In this document: positions 10,896 to 21,963 of the stretch, in pieces
How the letters are laid out: each line of letters begins with the position of its first letter
How positions within the stretch are numbered: the first letter of the stretch is position 1
From: an uncultured delta proteobacterium
GTDB taxonomy: Bacteria; Desulfobacterota; Binatia; Binatales; Binataceae
Assembly: GCA_963782535.1 (NCBI GenBank)
Contig: CAWAKE010000009.1
Location: forward strand, 408,610-472,609
DNA length: 64,000 bases
Direction of reading: 5' to 3'
Translations under genes and position numbers: made by a program
Notes under the pieces: model-generated
The model's input: only the letters and a program-made list of their open reading frames with translations
The model's database searches: none
What the model was told of the DNA's origin: nothing

Positions 10896-11783
10896 GCTTC
10901 GAGAATCCTTCCCGATTTTCCTTTCCCTGCATTCGCCGCGAGTGCGGGATTGCAGAGGGCTGACTCAGTCTGTGAGAAAGAGTTGCGGCGATCCGCGAAG
11001 ATCGCCGCCGTGTTCAGTCATCGTATGCCGGCTCAATTACAGGTTGATACGAGTATGATTCGTTTGCAATGATATATCAGTATTTCGGATTTGTTGCGCA
11101 TTTGTCAACGGTCCTTATAGCCTATAGACTGTTCTTCAACGATGAACGAGACTATTTGATGAGTCGTGGGTGCACGAGTGGAAGGACATTGCAGGTGACC
11201 GTTGGGCGACGTGAGCGGAAAGATCAAGGCGGGATTGCGGGCGCTGCATCAGTAGCATTTCGGCGAACATCCAGAGCTTGCGCTGCTGTGATACGAGGAG
11301 CGTCCGCTGATGCCTTTAAGGGAATTGATGAGCGCGTGCTTACGGTCGATATTTGACGATAAACCCACAAGCGTGAGACCTCTGCGCGCTTTGTCGAACA
11401 ATTTTGCGGGCGATTCCCCGACCAGAGCCGCGACGAAAACGCCGGAGCGTTTGGCGGCACAATCTGCGGTTACAGGCCGTCGATGATTGCAACGGGACTG
11501 ATCGAAAATCCGGCGGCCGGTCGCGAGGTCTTCCCGCTAGGGAGAGCCTCTTTGCTGGTGCGTCGGGCGCAGGAGCTTCAATAATCGTAACTAGTAGGAC
11601 TATCACTTACTTTGCGGTGGTGGTCATGCTCAAATTCACATCGACTGATGGAGCGATGATTGACGTATTGAAACTCGAAAGCGTCACCTGATTTCGCGTT
11701 GGGGAATCAAATACGCAATACCCATTTCGCAATACAGGATCGCTCAGTATGCGAGCGCGAATTAACTCGAGGCTGAGTTGTAG

Positions 11784-13979
11784 ATGGCATCCGGCTTTTC
11801 AACTTCCAGAATAACAGAAGGCCTTCCTGCGCCCTTGGGTGCAACCTGGGATGGGCTAGGAGTTAACTTTGCAATCTTTTCAGCGAACGCAACAAAAGTC
11901 GAACTCTGCCTATTCGACGCAACCGGCGCCAGAGAGATAGAACGCATCGAGTTGCCCGAATACACGGACGAGATCTGGCACGGATATCTGCCCTACGCCC
12001 GACCCGGTACAATCTATGGCTATCGCGTTCACGGGCCGTACGAACCACGAAATGGACATCGTTTCAATCCGAACAAATTGCTGCTGGATCCTTATGCAAA
12101 AGCCTTGATCGGCCAGCTGAAATGGGCGAACGAGGTCTATGGCTACAAGAGCGGCGCCAAGGGGGGCGATCTGACATTCGATCAGAGAGACAGCAGTCGT
12201 TTTGTACCGAAATGCCGTGTGATTGATCCGGCATTCACATGGTCTCGCGATCGGCCGCCGCGAATACCCTGGGACCGCACGATTTTCTATGAAACGCACG
12301 TCCGAGGATTTACCAAGCTTCATCCCGCAGTTCCTCCGGAGCTTCGCGGGACCTTTGCCGGGTTCGCCTGCCGCGAGGTCGTCGAATATATCAAGAGCCT
12401 TGGTGTTACCTCAGTGGAGTTGTTGCCGGTTCAGGCATTCCTCAACGACCGTCATCTACTCGGAAAGGGTTTGACTAATTATTGGGGCTACAACACGATC
12501 GCGTTTTTTGCACCAGACCCGCGCTATTTTGCGACTGGGACAACGGCTGAACTCAAGCAGATGATCGCCCACCTGCACGACGCTGGATTGGAAGTAATTC
12601 TGGATGTCGTTTATAACCACACTGCAGAAGGCAATGAGCGCGGTCCGACGCTATCGTTCAGGGGAATCGATAACGCGTCATACTATCTGCTGCTTTCTGA
12701 AAATCAACGTTTCTACCTTAATGATACCGGCACCGGTAATACGTTGAATCTCAGCCACCCGCGGGTTTTGCAAATGGTCACAGATAGCCTGAGGTATTGG
12801 GCGCTGGAAATGCATGTCGACGGGTTTCGGTTTGATTTGGCGACAATCTTGGGTCGTGAACCGTGGGGCTTCGATGAGGTCGGAGGGTTTATGAAAAGTT
12901 GTCGGCAGGACCCCGTGCTAGCGACCGTGAAACTGATTGCAGAACCCTGGGATTGCGGGCCGGATGGATATCAGGTGGGCCGCTTTCCGCCGGGCTGGGC
13001 TGAATGGAATGACCGTTATCGCGATGCGATACGAAGTTATTGGAAGGGCGACGAAGCGAAGGTCCCGGAAGTAGCAACCCGGCTCGCGGGTTCCGCGGAC
13101 TCATTCAACTATCGGGGGCGCCGGCCCTGGGCGAGTGTCAACTTCATTACGGCTCACGACGGATTCACGCTGAACGATCTCGTTTCCTACAATGAGAAAC
13201 ACAACGAGGGTAACGAGGAGAATAATCAGGACGGGAGCTCGAATAACCACTCCTGGAATTGCGGTGTAGAAGGAGCGACGGACGATCCAGAGATCATAAA
13301 TCTTCGTGAGCGGCAGAAGCGGAATATGCTCGCTACGCTGTTCCTTTCTCAGGGAACCCCGATGCTTCTTGCCGGAGATGAATTCGGGCGGACTCAAGGC
13401 GGCAATAACAATGCCTATTGCCAGGATAATGAAGTTGGCTGGATTAATTGGGAAAAGATCGACGAAAATGGTCAATCCCTGACGAGTTTCGTTAGAACGC
13501 TCACGAAGTTGAGGAGCACATTTCCTATTCTCCGACGCGCTCGATTTCTCAGTTCTGAGATAAATGAGGCGCTTCTTGTCAAAGAGATAACCTGGATCAA
13601 TGCCACAGGGCTTGAGATGCAGCCAGGCGATTGGAATGACGGCAACATGCGATGTTTCGGCATGCTCCTTGACGGCCGTGCGCAGATTACCGGGATCAGA
13701 CAAGCTGCCTCAGATCCGACATTGTTGCTGGTTATGAATGCATATCATGGGACTGTGAAATTCAGAATCCCGGAAGTTGCGGGCGGAAATCGTTGGCGGT
13801 GCCTTATAGATACAAACGAGCCGGTCCGCGACGAACTGTCGCTTTTCAAGGGCAAGGATCAATGTGATGTGGTGGGACGCTCGCTACGGGTTTTCGCATT
13901 GGACGACAAAGGTGAGACGATCCCATTGGTAAGGCAGACGGCCCTCGATCTTTCCCGGAGCAAGCAGCTAGCACGATAG
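11784..13979 (+). CDS. glgX: Glycogen debranching enzyme (isoamylase)
   Basis: PLGATWDGLGVNFAIFS, NYWGYNT, DVVYNHTAEG, DGFRFDLA, IAEPWD, NFITAHDGFTL, NNNAYCQDN. Confidence 0.96.
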   Translation: MASGFSTSRITEGLPAPLGATWDGLGVNFAIFSANATKVELCLFDATGAREIERIELPEYTDEIWHGYLPYARPGTIYGYRVHGPYEPRNGHRFNPNKLLLDPYAKALIGQLKWANEVYGYKSGAKGGDLTFDQRDSSRFVPKCRVIDPAFTWSRDRPPRIPWDRTIFYETHVRGFTKLHPAVPPELRGTFAGFACREVVEYIKSLGVTSVELLPVQAFLNDRHLLGKGLTNYWGYNTIAFFAPDPRYFATGTTAELKQMIAHLHDAGLEVILDVVYNHTAEGNERGPTLSFRGIDNASYYLLLSENQRFYLNDTGTGNTLNLSHPRVLQMVTDSLRYWALEMHVDGFRFDLATILGREPWGFDEVGGFMKSCRQDPVLATVKLIAEPWDCGPDGYQVGRFPPGWAEWNDRYRDAIRSYWKGDEAKVPEVATRLAGSADSFNYRGRRPWASVNFITAHDGFTLNDLVSYNEKHNEGNEENNQDGSSNNHSWNCGVEGATDDPEIINLRERQKRNMLATLFLSQGTPMLLAGDEFGRTQGGNNNAYCQDNEVGWINWEKIDENGQSLTSFVRTLTKLRSTFPILRRARFLSSEINEALLVKEITWINATGLEMQPGDWNDGNMRCFGMLLDGRAQITGIRQAASDPTLLLVMNAYHGTVKFRIPEVAGGNRWRCLIDTNEPVRDELSLFKGKDQCDVVGRSLRVFALDDKGETIPLVRQTALDLSRSKQLAR

Positions 13980-14242
13980 GTTCAGCGGTCAAAAGATCTC
14001 AGGTGCCTGATTCGCGGCTCGCGATGCAGGGCGGAGCTTTGCGCTCCTCGCCCGCAGACCCGTGGCTTGAGGGTGCGAGGCTTGCGTGTCCTTCCTCGGC
14101 GTAGGACGATTTGCTTCGAAGGGTGTTTTCCCGGGCGTCGTTATTAGCACGAGCGCCGGAGAGGAGGCGCCTGGCGATATGTGAGATCCGAGACGTATCT
14201 TCAGACGATGTTTAGAACGGTCGAATAGCTGGTCTTTCGGAG

Positions 14243-16273
14243 ATGCGCAGTCGGTATAGAGCGCGCAATGATGCGTGGTTGATCGCGATTAGCGCCCACC
14301 CACTGACGGGCTTTTCGCGCCTGCGCAAAGTTCGTGCGAGGCAGCGGCGGTGTAAACGGAACGGCGAGCGGAGGGCGTCCCCGGTTCGATCAAAGGCGGC
14401 GCTTTTGGGGCAGCAGTCTGTGGCTGAGGCTCCGAGGTATCGCCGACCGCGCTCGCCGGTTGCCCTCGCAATGCTGGTGATCATGCTGGTGGCGGCATGC
14501 TCGGGAGCGTTTGCACTTGAGGTGGACGCGCTCAATCCCTCGCGCGAATACAAGGTTGACCGTATCGTTCTGGTCGGCAATCAGCGATTGAGCGACGGAG
14601 ACCTGCTCCAGGTGATGTCAACCAAGTCGCGGCCGTTCTATCAATTCTGGGAGAAACGTCCGCCGTTCGAGTCAGACACTTTCGTTCAGGACTTGAAGCG
14701 CATAAAGAGCCTCTACCGCACCTACGGCTACTACCGAATGCAGCTATCCTACGATCTGGACGTCAGCGGCGATCTCGTGACTCCACGGATTCGGATCAGC
14801 GAAGGGCCACCGGTCAAAGTTGCGACGAGGACGATTGAGGTATTGCAGGGCGCGCCGCGGCCTAAACAGCTCGAGCCGCATTTCAAACTCCCACTTCGGG
14901 CCGGCGACGATTTCAAAGAGGACACTTATCAACTGTCCCAGCAGGCTCTTCAGGATCTTTACCTGCGGCACGGTTACGCGCGCATCACCGCCCAGCGACA
15001 TGCCGAGGTCTTTGTCGGACCAGGCACTGCGCGCGTGCAGTACAAGGTCGAACCCGGCAAGTTGAGTGTATTTGGTCCGACCTCTGTCAGCGGCCTCGAT
15101 AAGGTCAGCAAAGAAATTGTGATGCGCGAACTGACCTATCGTGCCGGCAAAGTGTTCGATCCGCGGAAGATCGAGACTTCACGCGAGAACCTGCTCAATC
15201 TCAATCTGTTTGCCGCCGTACAGTTCATGCCCGAGCAGGACCCCAAGGATCCGCGGATCGTGCCGATAACAATCGACCTGCGGGAGAAGCCCTCGCGGAA
15301 GATCGATCTCACGCTTGGTTACAACACTCAGACCCTGTTCAACGTTGGTCTCGGTTGGAGAGACTACAATTGGCTGGGTGGCGGAAGGCAGTTATCCATC
15401 GATGCGACGTATTCCAACGTTACCAGCTCGCTGCGTTCGGAATTCGTTCAGCCGCATTTTTTAACGAGTAAAATGCGCGCGGTAATCGACGTCAGGCAGG
15501 ACCAGGAAATTTACCAGACCTATACGCTTTATGCGTCGCGATTCGAACCGCGCCTGAGCTATGGATTCAACAGGAATCTCACTGGCTACTTCGGCTACCG
15601 GCTCGACTATCTGAAATTCAACTCGGTCAATCCTTCGACGATTGCCGCAGTAGGCGGGTTCAGGTCGAACGGGGTTCTTTCAGGACCCGCAGCCGGGCTG
15701 ATTTTCAATACGGTCACAGAACCTCTCAACCCTCAGCAAGGCTGGATAATAACGCTGAATATGAATCAGGCGGGCGCGATTTTCGGCGGCAATTACAGCT
15801 ATTACCGTCTAGCTGCCGAGGCCCGCAAGTATATCCCGCTCGGATGGAAAACGGTGCTGGCGACGCGCTTCAAGCTCGGGTTAGCCGACACCCTTGGCGC
15901 GCCTGAAGACATCCCTCTTTCCGAGCGATTTTATTCCGGCGGAGAGGGTAGTGTGCGGGGTTATGGGCTTCGCCGGATTGGACCGCTCAGCGCCAGCAAT
16001 GATCCGCTCGGCGGGTTGAGTCTCGCCGAAGGATCGCTCGAACTGCGCCGGCCGCTGTTCTGGAAGTTGTCGGGCGCGCTTTTTTTCGACTTCGGCCAGG
16101 TCTCCACGCAGTCGTTCGACCCGCCGCTGGATCATTTGGTCTATGGATTCGGCCCCGCGCTGAATTTCACCACGCCGGTGGGGCCGTTAAGCATATATTT
16201 GGGAATTCCGTCCAAGGCCCCGCGCGGCGATCGGAGCTGGCAAGTCTATTTCAGCGTCGGCCAGTTTTTCTAA
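14243..16273 (+). CDS. tamA: Omp85-family outer membrane protein with POTRA domains (TamA-like); true start probably GTG 14420
   Basis: POTRA-like repeats, ERFYSGGEGSVRGY loop-6 motif, C-terminal YFSVGQFF beta-signal; directly upstream of a TamB-like gene. Confidence 0.82.
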   Translation: MRSRYRARNDAWLIAISAHPLTGFSRLRKVRARQRRCKRNGERRASPVRSKAALLGQQSVAEAPRYRRPRSPVALAMLVIMLVAACSGAFALEVDALNPSREYKVDRIVLVGNQRLSDGDLLQVMSTKSRPFYQFWEKRPPFESDTFVQDLKRIKSLYRTYGYYRMQLSYDLDVSGDLVTPRIRISEGPPVKVATRTIEVLQGAPRPKQLEPHFKLPLRAGDDFKEDTYQLSQQALQDLYLRHGYARITAQRHAEVFVGPGTARVQYKVEPGKLSVFGPTSVSGLDKVSKEIVMRELTYRAGKVFDPRKIETSRENLLNLNLFAAVQFMPEQDPKDPRIVPITIDLREKPSRKIDLTLGYNTQTLFNVGLGWRDYNWLGGGRQLSIDATYSNVTSSLRSEFVQPHFLTSKMRAVIDVRQDQEIYQTYTLYASRFEPRLSYGFNRNLTGYFGYRLDYLKFNSVNPSTIAAVGGFRSNGVLSGPAAGLIFNTVTEPLNPQQGWIITLNMNQAGAIFGGNYSYYRLAAEARKYIPLGWKTVLATRFKLGLADTLGAPEDIPLSERFYSGGEGSVRGYGLRRIGPLSASNDPLGGLSLAEGSLELRRPLFWKLSGALFFDFGQVSTQSFDPPLDHLVYGFGPALNFTTPVGPLSIYLGIPSKAPRGDRSWQVYFSVGQFF

Positions 16274-16275
16274 GG

Positions 16276-19200
16276 ATGACTACGATTTTCCGATACCTCC
16301 GGCGCGTGGCTGCGGCCCTCGCGATACTGATATTAGCCGCGATTGCGGCCGCCCTCATTTTCATCCACACCGCGGCTTTCGACCGGATCGTCCGAAACCA
16401 ACTGGTCAACTATGCGTCGTCCACCTATCGCGCGGAATTCGCGGTCGGTCGAGTCGCGATCTCGGGATTGAAAACCGTCGTCGCCCAGGATGTCTCGATC
16501 ACTTATGGCGACGCTCCGCTGTTGAAAATTCCACGGCTTGAACTGCACTTTTCCCTGGTGCCGCTGCTGTGGCGCGCGGTCCATTTGCGCCTGGTGATTC
16601 ACCAGCCCCGAATCCAACTGGCGCAAGATCCAAAAGGGCGTTGGAATCTGCTTGAGGCCTTTACTCCAAAGAACACAGAATCTGCCTCGAGCAATTTCAG
16701 CATCTACCTCGACAGGATCGCGATCACGGACGGATTGATTGAGATTTATCGGCACGGAGCGACACGGGCGGCCTATGCGATTTCCGGGACCACGCTGCTG
16801 GGGCGGATCGAAATCCGTCCGCGCGGCATCCAATTTGAGGCTCACGAGCTAGTCGCGCGGCTGGCCGCGCCTGGATTTTCGCCGGCCTCTATCCAAGCGT
16901 CATTCAGCTATCAAGATGTAAAATCGCCCGCCAGCGTGAAGGTTACGACGCTGCTGGTCAGTACCGAAAAATCCAAAATAGCCCTGGTTGGCAGCCTCCG
17001 CGATTTTGCTCAGATGAATCTGGCGGCACAGCTTTCGATCGACACACTAGCGCCCGCAGACCTGCGGCAGATTCTCCCGGGTTATCCGTTGAAGCAAAAT
17101 ATCTTGGGCAAAATTGTCTTTGCGGGTGCGAGGCAGACGCTAACCGGCAAACTCGACCTCGCGTCGGGTGACGCCCGCGCCGCCGGTAACATCAGTGTAA
17201 ATCTGACACGAGATATACCGGCTTTCGACGCGAAGGTCGCTCTGACGCGGCTCGATTTGCGCGACGCGCTCGGCGAGAAAAGCATGGCCGGGACGGTTGA
17301 GGCCCAGATGTCAGTGCGTGGCGCCGGTACCGACCTTGCGTCCCTGGTTGGTAACGTGGCGGTCCGGGGCCACGGCGTCGCGGCAAACGGTTGGAACCTG
17401 GGAGAGGTCGCCTTCGACGGCGAGCTTGCGCAAAAATTATCGACGCTGCAAGGAACGATCAGTGGACCGGGCGGTCGTTTGAGTTACAACGGATCCGTCA
17501 CGGTTTCCAGTAATCCACGCTACAGGATCGCGCTGACGGCCGCGCATCTGAACCTTCGGCAGGCCGCCGTGCTCACGCGGCCTCCAGCTACCGACTTGAA
17601 TTTCAAGGCTACGTTCGATGGCAGCGGAATTTCAGCATCACGGATCGATTCCGGATTGACTCTCGAATTGTCGCATTCCGCCGTCGGTCGGGTTGTAATC
17701 GACCGTGGGAATGTAACGGCACGGATCGCGGCGGGCAAAGTTGATATTTCAAATGCGAGCGTCACAGGTAGCGGAACCGTGATTTCGGCGAATGGCGTCG
17801 TTCCGATCGACCCGCGCGGGAAGGTTCGGGTCTCTTATAAAGTTCAAGCGCGGCGGCTCGACCGATGGTTCGAGCTTGCCGGCATGAAGGGCAGCGGGGG
17901 ATTCGAACTGTCGGCAAATGCCAGTGGTTCGCTCAGCGATCTGAGTACGCGAGGAATTTTGCAGATCCATCGGTTGCACTTGGCCGGCTATTCCGCCGAT
18001 AGCGTCTCTGCCAGCTACGACCTCGCCGGCTTCGGTCAGGGGATGCCGCAAGGAAATATTTCGACTGATCTTGCAGGAGTCGAGGCCGGCGTAAGCCTGA
18101 AGCGGTTGCAAGCTCGATTGCAGATCGCGGGACAGCAGGCCGTGACGGTGAATGCCGCATTCGATGCGCTGGACAGCGACGGTCGCAAAGACCAAATGAC
18201 GCTTCGGTTCCAATACGAACCCGATCGCATCAGCGGAACTCTGTCCAAGGCGCTGCTGACCCTGCCGGACGGCGAATGGCGGCTCGCTCATCCGGCATCG
18301 TTTTCCCGCAGCGCCAGCAGTGGCATTAGAATTCGGGACTTTCAGTTGCGCAACGGCGCCCGTCAGATTGCGGTGGACGGTACTGTCGGCGCGCGCGGCG
18401 AACATGACATGCGGTTGCGGGTCGAGCAGTTGGATCTCGGGGTGCTGAAGCCGGTAATGCCCGCGGGTTACTCCCTCGCGGGAGCTTTGTCCGCCGATGT
18501 TCGAGTAACCGGCACGAGTTCCTCTCCGTCCATCGAGGCCACCTTGGGCGCCGAAAAAATCAGGCTAAAGACGGCACGACTGAGCCGCGTCACCGTAGGC
18601 GTTAAGTATCGAGGTGACGCCGCAACTGTTGACGCTCGTATCCAGCAGGACTCGCAGCATCAAATGACGGTTACTGGAACGGTGCCGCTCAAGCTCGATT
18701 GGTCACAGGGATTCAACGCGCGATTTGGCCGGAATCTTGACCTGAGAATCTTTTCCGCAGGTCTCAAGATGGACCCTCTCGCCGCACTCGCGCCAGCCAC
18801 GGTCAAGGACGCGTCCGGCTTACTAAAGATGGACCTTGCAGTCCGCGGGCCGGTTTGGAGTCCAAGCGCGAGCGGAACGGTGGGGCTGGTCGGTGGAAAG
18901 GCGAAAATTGTGCCCTTGGGAGTGCAGGTAACCGACGTTGACCTTCGCACGCAGGTTACCCCCGATCAAATTAAGGTCCTACAGTTGTCGGCCCGATCCG
19001 GGGACGGGACGTTGCGCGGTACCGGAACGGTCGCAATGGCCGGCCGCACGCCCGGTGCCGTCAACTTACATCTCGACTTTGATCGATGGCCGGCGATCAA
19101 TACGCCACGCTATCAGTTCGTTGTTCAAGGCAACCTCGCTGCTTCGGGAACGCAAATGGCCCCTAACCTCACCGGTAAAATCGAGGTCGTCAGAGGTACG

Positions 19201-20091
19201 GTCCATCCCGATCTTTCTTTTCTCGATGCGGCGGCGCCCCTTGCGCCGGACGATACGATTACGGTGATCGAACCGGGCCAGAGGCCTTCTCCGGATCATA
19301 ACGGTACGCCAGTGGTCGGAGCGCAACCGCCGGTTGAGAGCCCTAAGGTTGCCCAGACTTCCAGATTTAACCGGTTGGCGATGGACGTGAAGCTGATCGT
19401 GCATCGCAACACCTGGATTCGCCATGAACGGGCGGCCGCCGAACTCGAGGGAAATTTGGATATCATCAAGCGCCCGCAAAAACCGGTCGAGGTAATCGGT
19501 AAAATCCAGACCGTGCGCGGATGGTTGAATTTTGAACAACGGCGGTTCGATTTGGTATCCAGCCTGATCCAGTTTACTGGCGGCGGGAAAATCGATCCGT
19601 CGCTCAATATCGATGGCCGTTACAAGCTAACCAATTACATCGTCGACGTGATCATTGGCGGGACCGCGAGTAAACCGACGATCAACCTCACCAGTCAGCC
19701 CGACCTTCCGCAAGCGGATATACTTTCGCTGCTGCTCTTTGGGCGGACCACCAGCGCGCTCAGTTCGAGCGAGCGCTCCACGCTGCGGCAGCAAGCAAGT
19801 AATTTGGCGGTAAGCGCGGGCGTTGCGACCGTGGGCAAAGCGATTTCCAAGGCGCTCGGCCTTCAGGCTTTCGGAATCCAGTTGAACGAGATCAGCACGA
19901 GTCAGAGCGCCGTCGGTCTCGGGCACTATTTTGGCGAGAACACATACGTGTCTGCCTCGCAGCAAGTTCAAGGTGCGCAAGGCCGCGAGGTTTCTGTGCA
20001 GTATTATCTCACCCGCTGGTTGTCAGTGAAAAGCTCGACCTCTTCAGACGGCTCGCATGGAATCGCCGTCAGCATCAATAAACAATATTAA
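16276..20091 (+). CDS. tamB: Translocation/assembly module TamB (AsmA-like, DUF490 C-terminus)
   Basis: 1271 aa, N-terminal membrane anchor, long beta-rich body, C-terminal GTASKPTINLTSQPDLPQADILSLLLFG. Confidence 0.88.
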   Translation: MTTIFRYLRRVAAALAILILAAIAAALIFIHTAAFDRIVRNQLVNYASSTYRAEFAVGRVAISGLKTVVAQDVSITYGDAPLLKIPRLELHFSLVPLLWRAVHLRLVIHQPRIQLAQDPKGRWNLLEAFTPKNTESASSNFSIYLDRIAITDGLIEIYRHGATRAAYAISGTTLLGRIEIRPRGIQFEAHELVARLAAPGFSPASIQASFSYQDVKSPASVKVTTLLVSTEKSKIALVGSLRDFAQMNLAAQLSIDTLAPADLRQILPGYPLKQNILGKIVFAGARQTLTGKLDLASGDARAAGNISVNLTRDIPAFDAKVALTRLDLRDALGEKSMAGTVEAQMSVRGAGTDLASLVGNVAVRGHGVAANGWNLGEVAFDGELAQKLSTLQGTISGPGGRLSYNGSVTVSSNPRYRIALTAAHLNLRQAAVLTRPPATDLNFKATFDGSGISASRIDSGLTLELSHSAVGRVVIDRGNVTARIAAGKVDISNASVTGSGTVISANGVVPIDPRGKVRVSYKVQARRLDRWFELAGMKGSGGFELSANASGSLSDLSTRGILQIHRLHLAGYSADSVSASYDLAGFGQGMPQGNISTDLAGVEAGVSLKRLQARLQIAGQQAVTVNAAFDALDSDGRKDQMTLRFQYEPDRISGTLSKALLTLPDGEWRLAHPASFSRSASSGIRIRDFQLRNGARQIAVDGTVGARGEHDMRLRVEQLDLGVLKPVMPAGYSLAGALSADVRVTGTSSSPSIEATLGAEKIRLKTARLSRVTVGVKYRGDAATVDARIQQDSQHQMTVTGTVPLKLDWSQGFNARFGRNLDLRIFSAGLKMDPLAALAPATVKDASGLLKMDLAVRGPVWSPSASGTVGLVGGKAKIVPLGVQVTDVDLRTQVTPDQIKVLQLSARSGDGTLRGTGTVAMAGRTPGAVNLHLDFDRWPAINTPRYQFVVQGNLAASGTQMAPNLTGKIEVVRGTVHPDLSFLDAAAPLAPDDTITVIEPGQRPSPDHNGTPVVGAQPPVESPKVAQTSRFNRLAMDVKLIVHRNTWIRHERAAAELEGNLDIIKRPQKPVEVIGKIQTVRGWLNFEQRRFDLVSSLIQFTGGGKIDPSLNIDGRYKLTNYIVDVIIGGTASKPTINLTSQPDLPQADILSLLLFGRTTSALSSSERSTLRQQASNLAVSAGVATVGKAISKALGLQAFGIQLNEISTSQSAVGLGHYFGENTYVSASQQVQGAQGREVSVQYYLTRWLSVKSSTSSDGSHGIAVSINKQY

Positions 20092-20435
20092 AATGAACGG
20101 GCACTGCCCGGCCGTCAGTTTGCCTGGTTGCTTTAGCGATGCAATGAATACCGGAACAGTCCCCGGTTTCCCGCGAGCGGCCGGTCCCAGGAATAGTTGT
20201 GCGCTCCAACAGTCGAAACCTTGTGCGATCGGAGGCTCCGCTGCAACGGACCAAAACGCCGCTACGCTTTTGTGGCGGCCTTGCTTATAATCCGGAATAT
20301 GCCGATTATTTGGAAAGTCCGCGTTTGAGTTCGCAAATCAGCGCGAGCCGTTCGTCAACCAGATGCAGTTGTGTAACGCATGGTAGCCACTGAGTAATTC
20401 GATCCACGCGAAAGACCTACGAACGAAACAGGGAA

Positions 20436-21278
20436 TTGACATTGAATACTGAGCAACAAGTGAGCATTCGCGAGTTTACTACGTTAACTGCCGAAGTGAG
20501 CGGTGCCGTCGGTCATCTCGTGCTCAATCGGCCTGAGCGTCTTAACGCGATCAACGACGCCGTGATGAGCGAGTTGATCGAAGCGGTGGACTGGTTCGAT
20601 AGCCACCGCGAGCTGCGGGTCGTAATTTTCAAGGGTGCCGGGCGCGCCTTTTCGGCGGGCGCGGACCTGAAAGATTTGCCGGGTGCGGAAACGCGGGTCG
20701 AAAGCGGCGGGAGTTGGCTTGCGCGGCGCAGGGCCGGGCAAATCGGAACTCGGCTATGCGAGGCGATCGAGCAGATGCAGGCGGTAACGATCGCGCAGGT
20801 GCATGGAGCGGCAGTCGGCGGCGGAATTCTGTTGATGGCGTGCTGCGACCTACGAATCGTCGCGGAAGGCACGGTTATGTTTATCCCGGAAATCGATATC
20901 GGGACCCCATACTCATGGGGTGCGATCCCGCGGATGGTTCGTGAGATTGGTCCCGCGATAACCAGGGAACTGGTCATGACCTGTCGGCGCTTCACGCCGG
21001 AGGAAGCCAAGGAGTGGCGCTGGATAAACCGCGTAGTCGCGCTTCCGCGGCTGCAAGAAGAAGTCGAGCAACTCGCCCGCGATTTGGCGGCCAAACCTTC
21101 GGGGGCGATGATGATTACCAAGGACCATGTCAATGCGATCACGCGCGTGATGAGCGCTGGAATCACGTCCTACGCTGACGGCGATCTGGCGCGAGGGTGC
21201 GCTGCCGAGGATGAGGCGCAGGCAGCGGGACGGAAGTACGCGAATTCGAAGGTCGGCAATCGGCGCGAGCGTAAGTAG
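20436..21278 (+). CDS. Enoyl-CoA hydratase/isomerase family protein
   Basis: LNRPERLNAI, GRAFSAGADL, IAQVHGAAVGGG, CDLRI, PEIDIG. Confidence 0.9.
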   Translation: MTLNTEQQVSIREFTTLTAEVSGAVGHLVLNRPERLNAINDAVMSELIEAVDWFDSHRELRVVIFKGAGRAFSAGADLKDLPGAETRVESGGSWLARRRAGQIGTRLCEAIEQMQAVTIAQVHGAAVGGGILLMACCDLRIVAEGTVMFIPEIDIGTPYSWGAIPRMVREIGPAITRELVMTCRRFTPEEAKEWRWINRVVALPRLQEEVEQLARDLAAKPSGAMMITKDHVNAITRVMSAGITSYADGDLARGCAAEDEAQAAGRKYANSKVGNRRERK

Positions 21279-21684
21279 CCGCTATCCGAACGTCGGACCG
21301 CAATGTCCACCGCAGCCAAGCCGGCCGCGCAAGAGTAACGATTGATCTGCCGAGATCTACGTCCACAAAGTGAGGAGTGGGGCGGCAAATACACGACCCC
21401 GGGCCGCGCGGCGAATCGCACGCTAGTGCCCCGCCAAATTCGAGGACAGACGTGCGCTGTGGGAAAACCGTCGCATCCACTCCAATCGGAGTTGCGACGA
21501 ATCCCGGGGCATTGTCCGTGTTGGCAACAGAATATTATCTGGCACAAGCTGACTGATTCCCGCGGTTAATTCGATGCTGTGCCGTTCGGCGACACTTCCC
21601 GTACTGTCTGAGCCCTCCGGAGTCAGTTTGGGAATGAAATGGAACGGGGCCAACGCACAATTCAAAAATCTCGGGGCACGAACA

Positions 21685-21700
21685 TGGCATGCTTGCTGCA
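21685..21700 (+). promoter_or_regulatory. Possible sigma54 (-24/-12) promoter upstream of glgP
   Basis: TGGCATGCTTGCTGCA fits GG-N10-GC and is close to TGGCAC-N5-TTGCA; about 265 bp upstream of glgP. Confidence 0.35.
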
Positions 21701-21963
21701 CCTTATGCAGTTCGAGACTAGACTCAAGGCAGGCCTATAGCACAGATAAGCGGGGCGACAGCCAAGTCTCGCGCCCTGCCTGGCCGAGGAGGACTTGAGA
21801 CGCGAGACGCAGTTGATGCGCGGAGATCGCAGGTGCCGGAGGAAATGTTTAATCGAGCGCACCGCCCATCGGTGACGACTCTTACTGCTGAATGCTGCAC
21901 TGAGTTAACAATCTTGCACCATTTCGACGTACCCGGTGCCAGGCATGATGGTGTTTAAACAGG

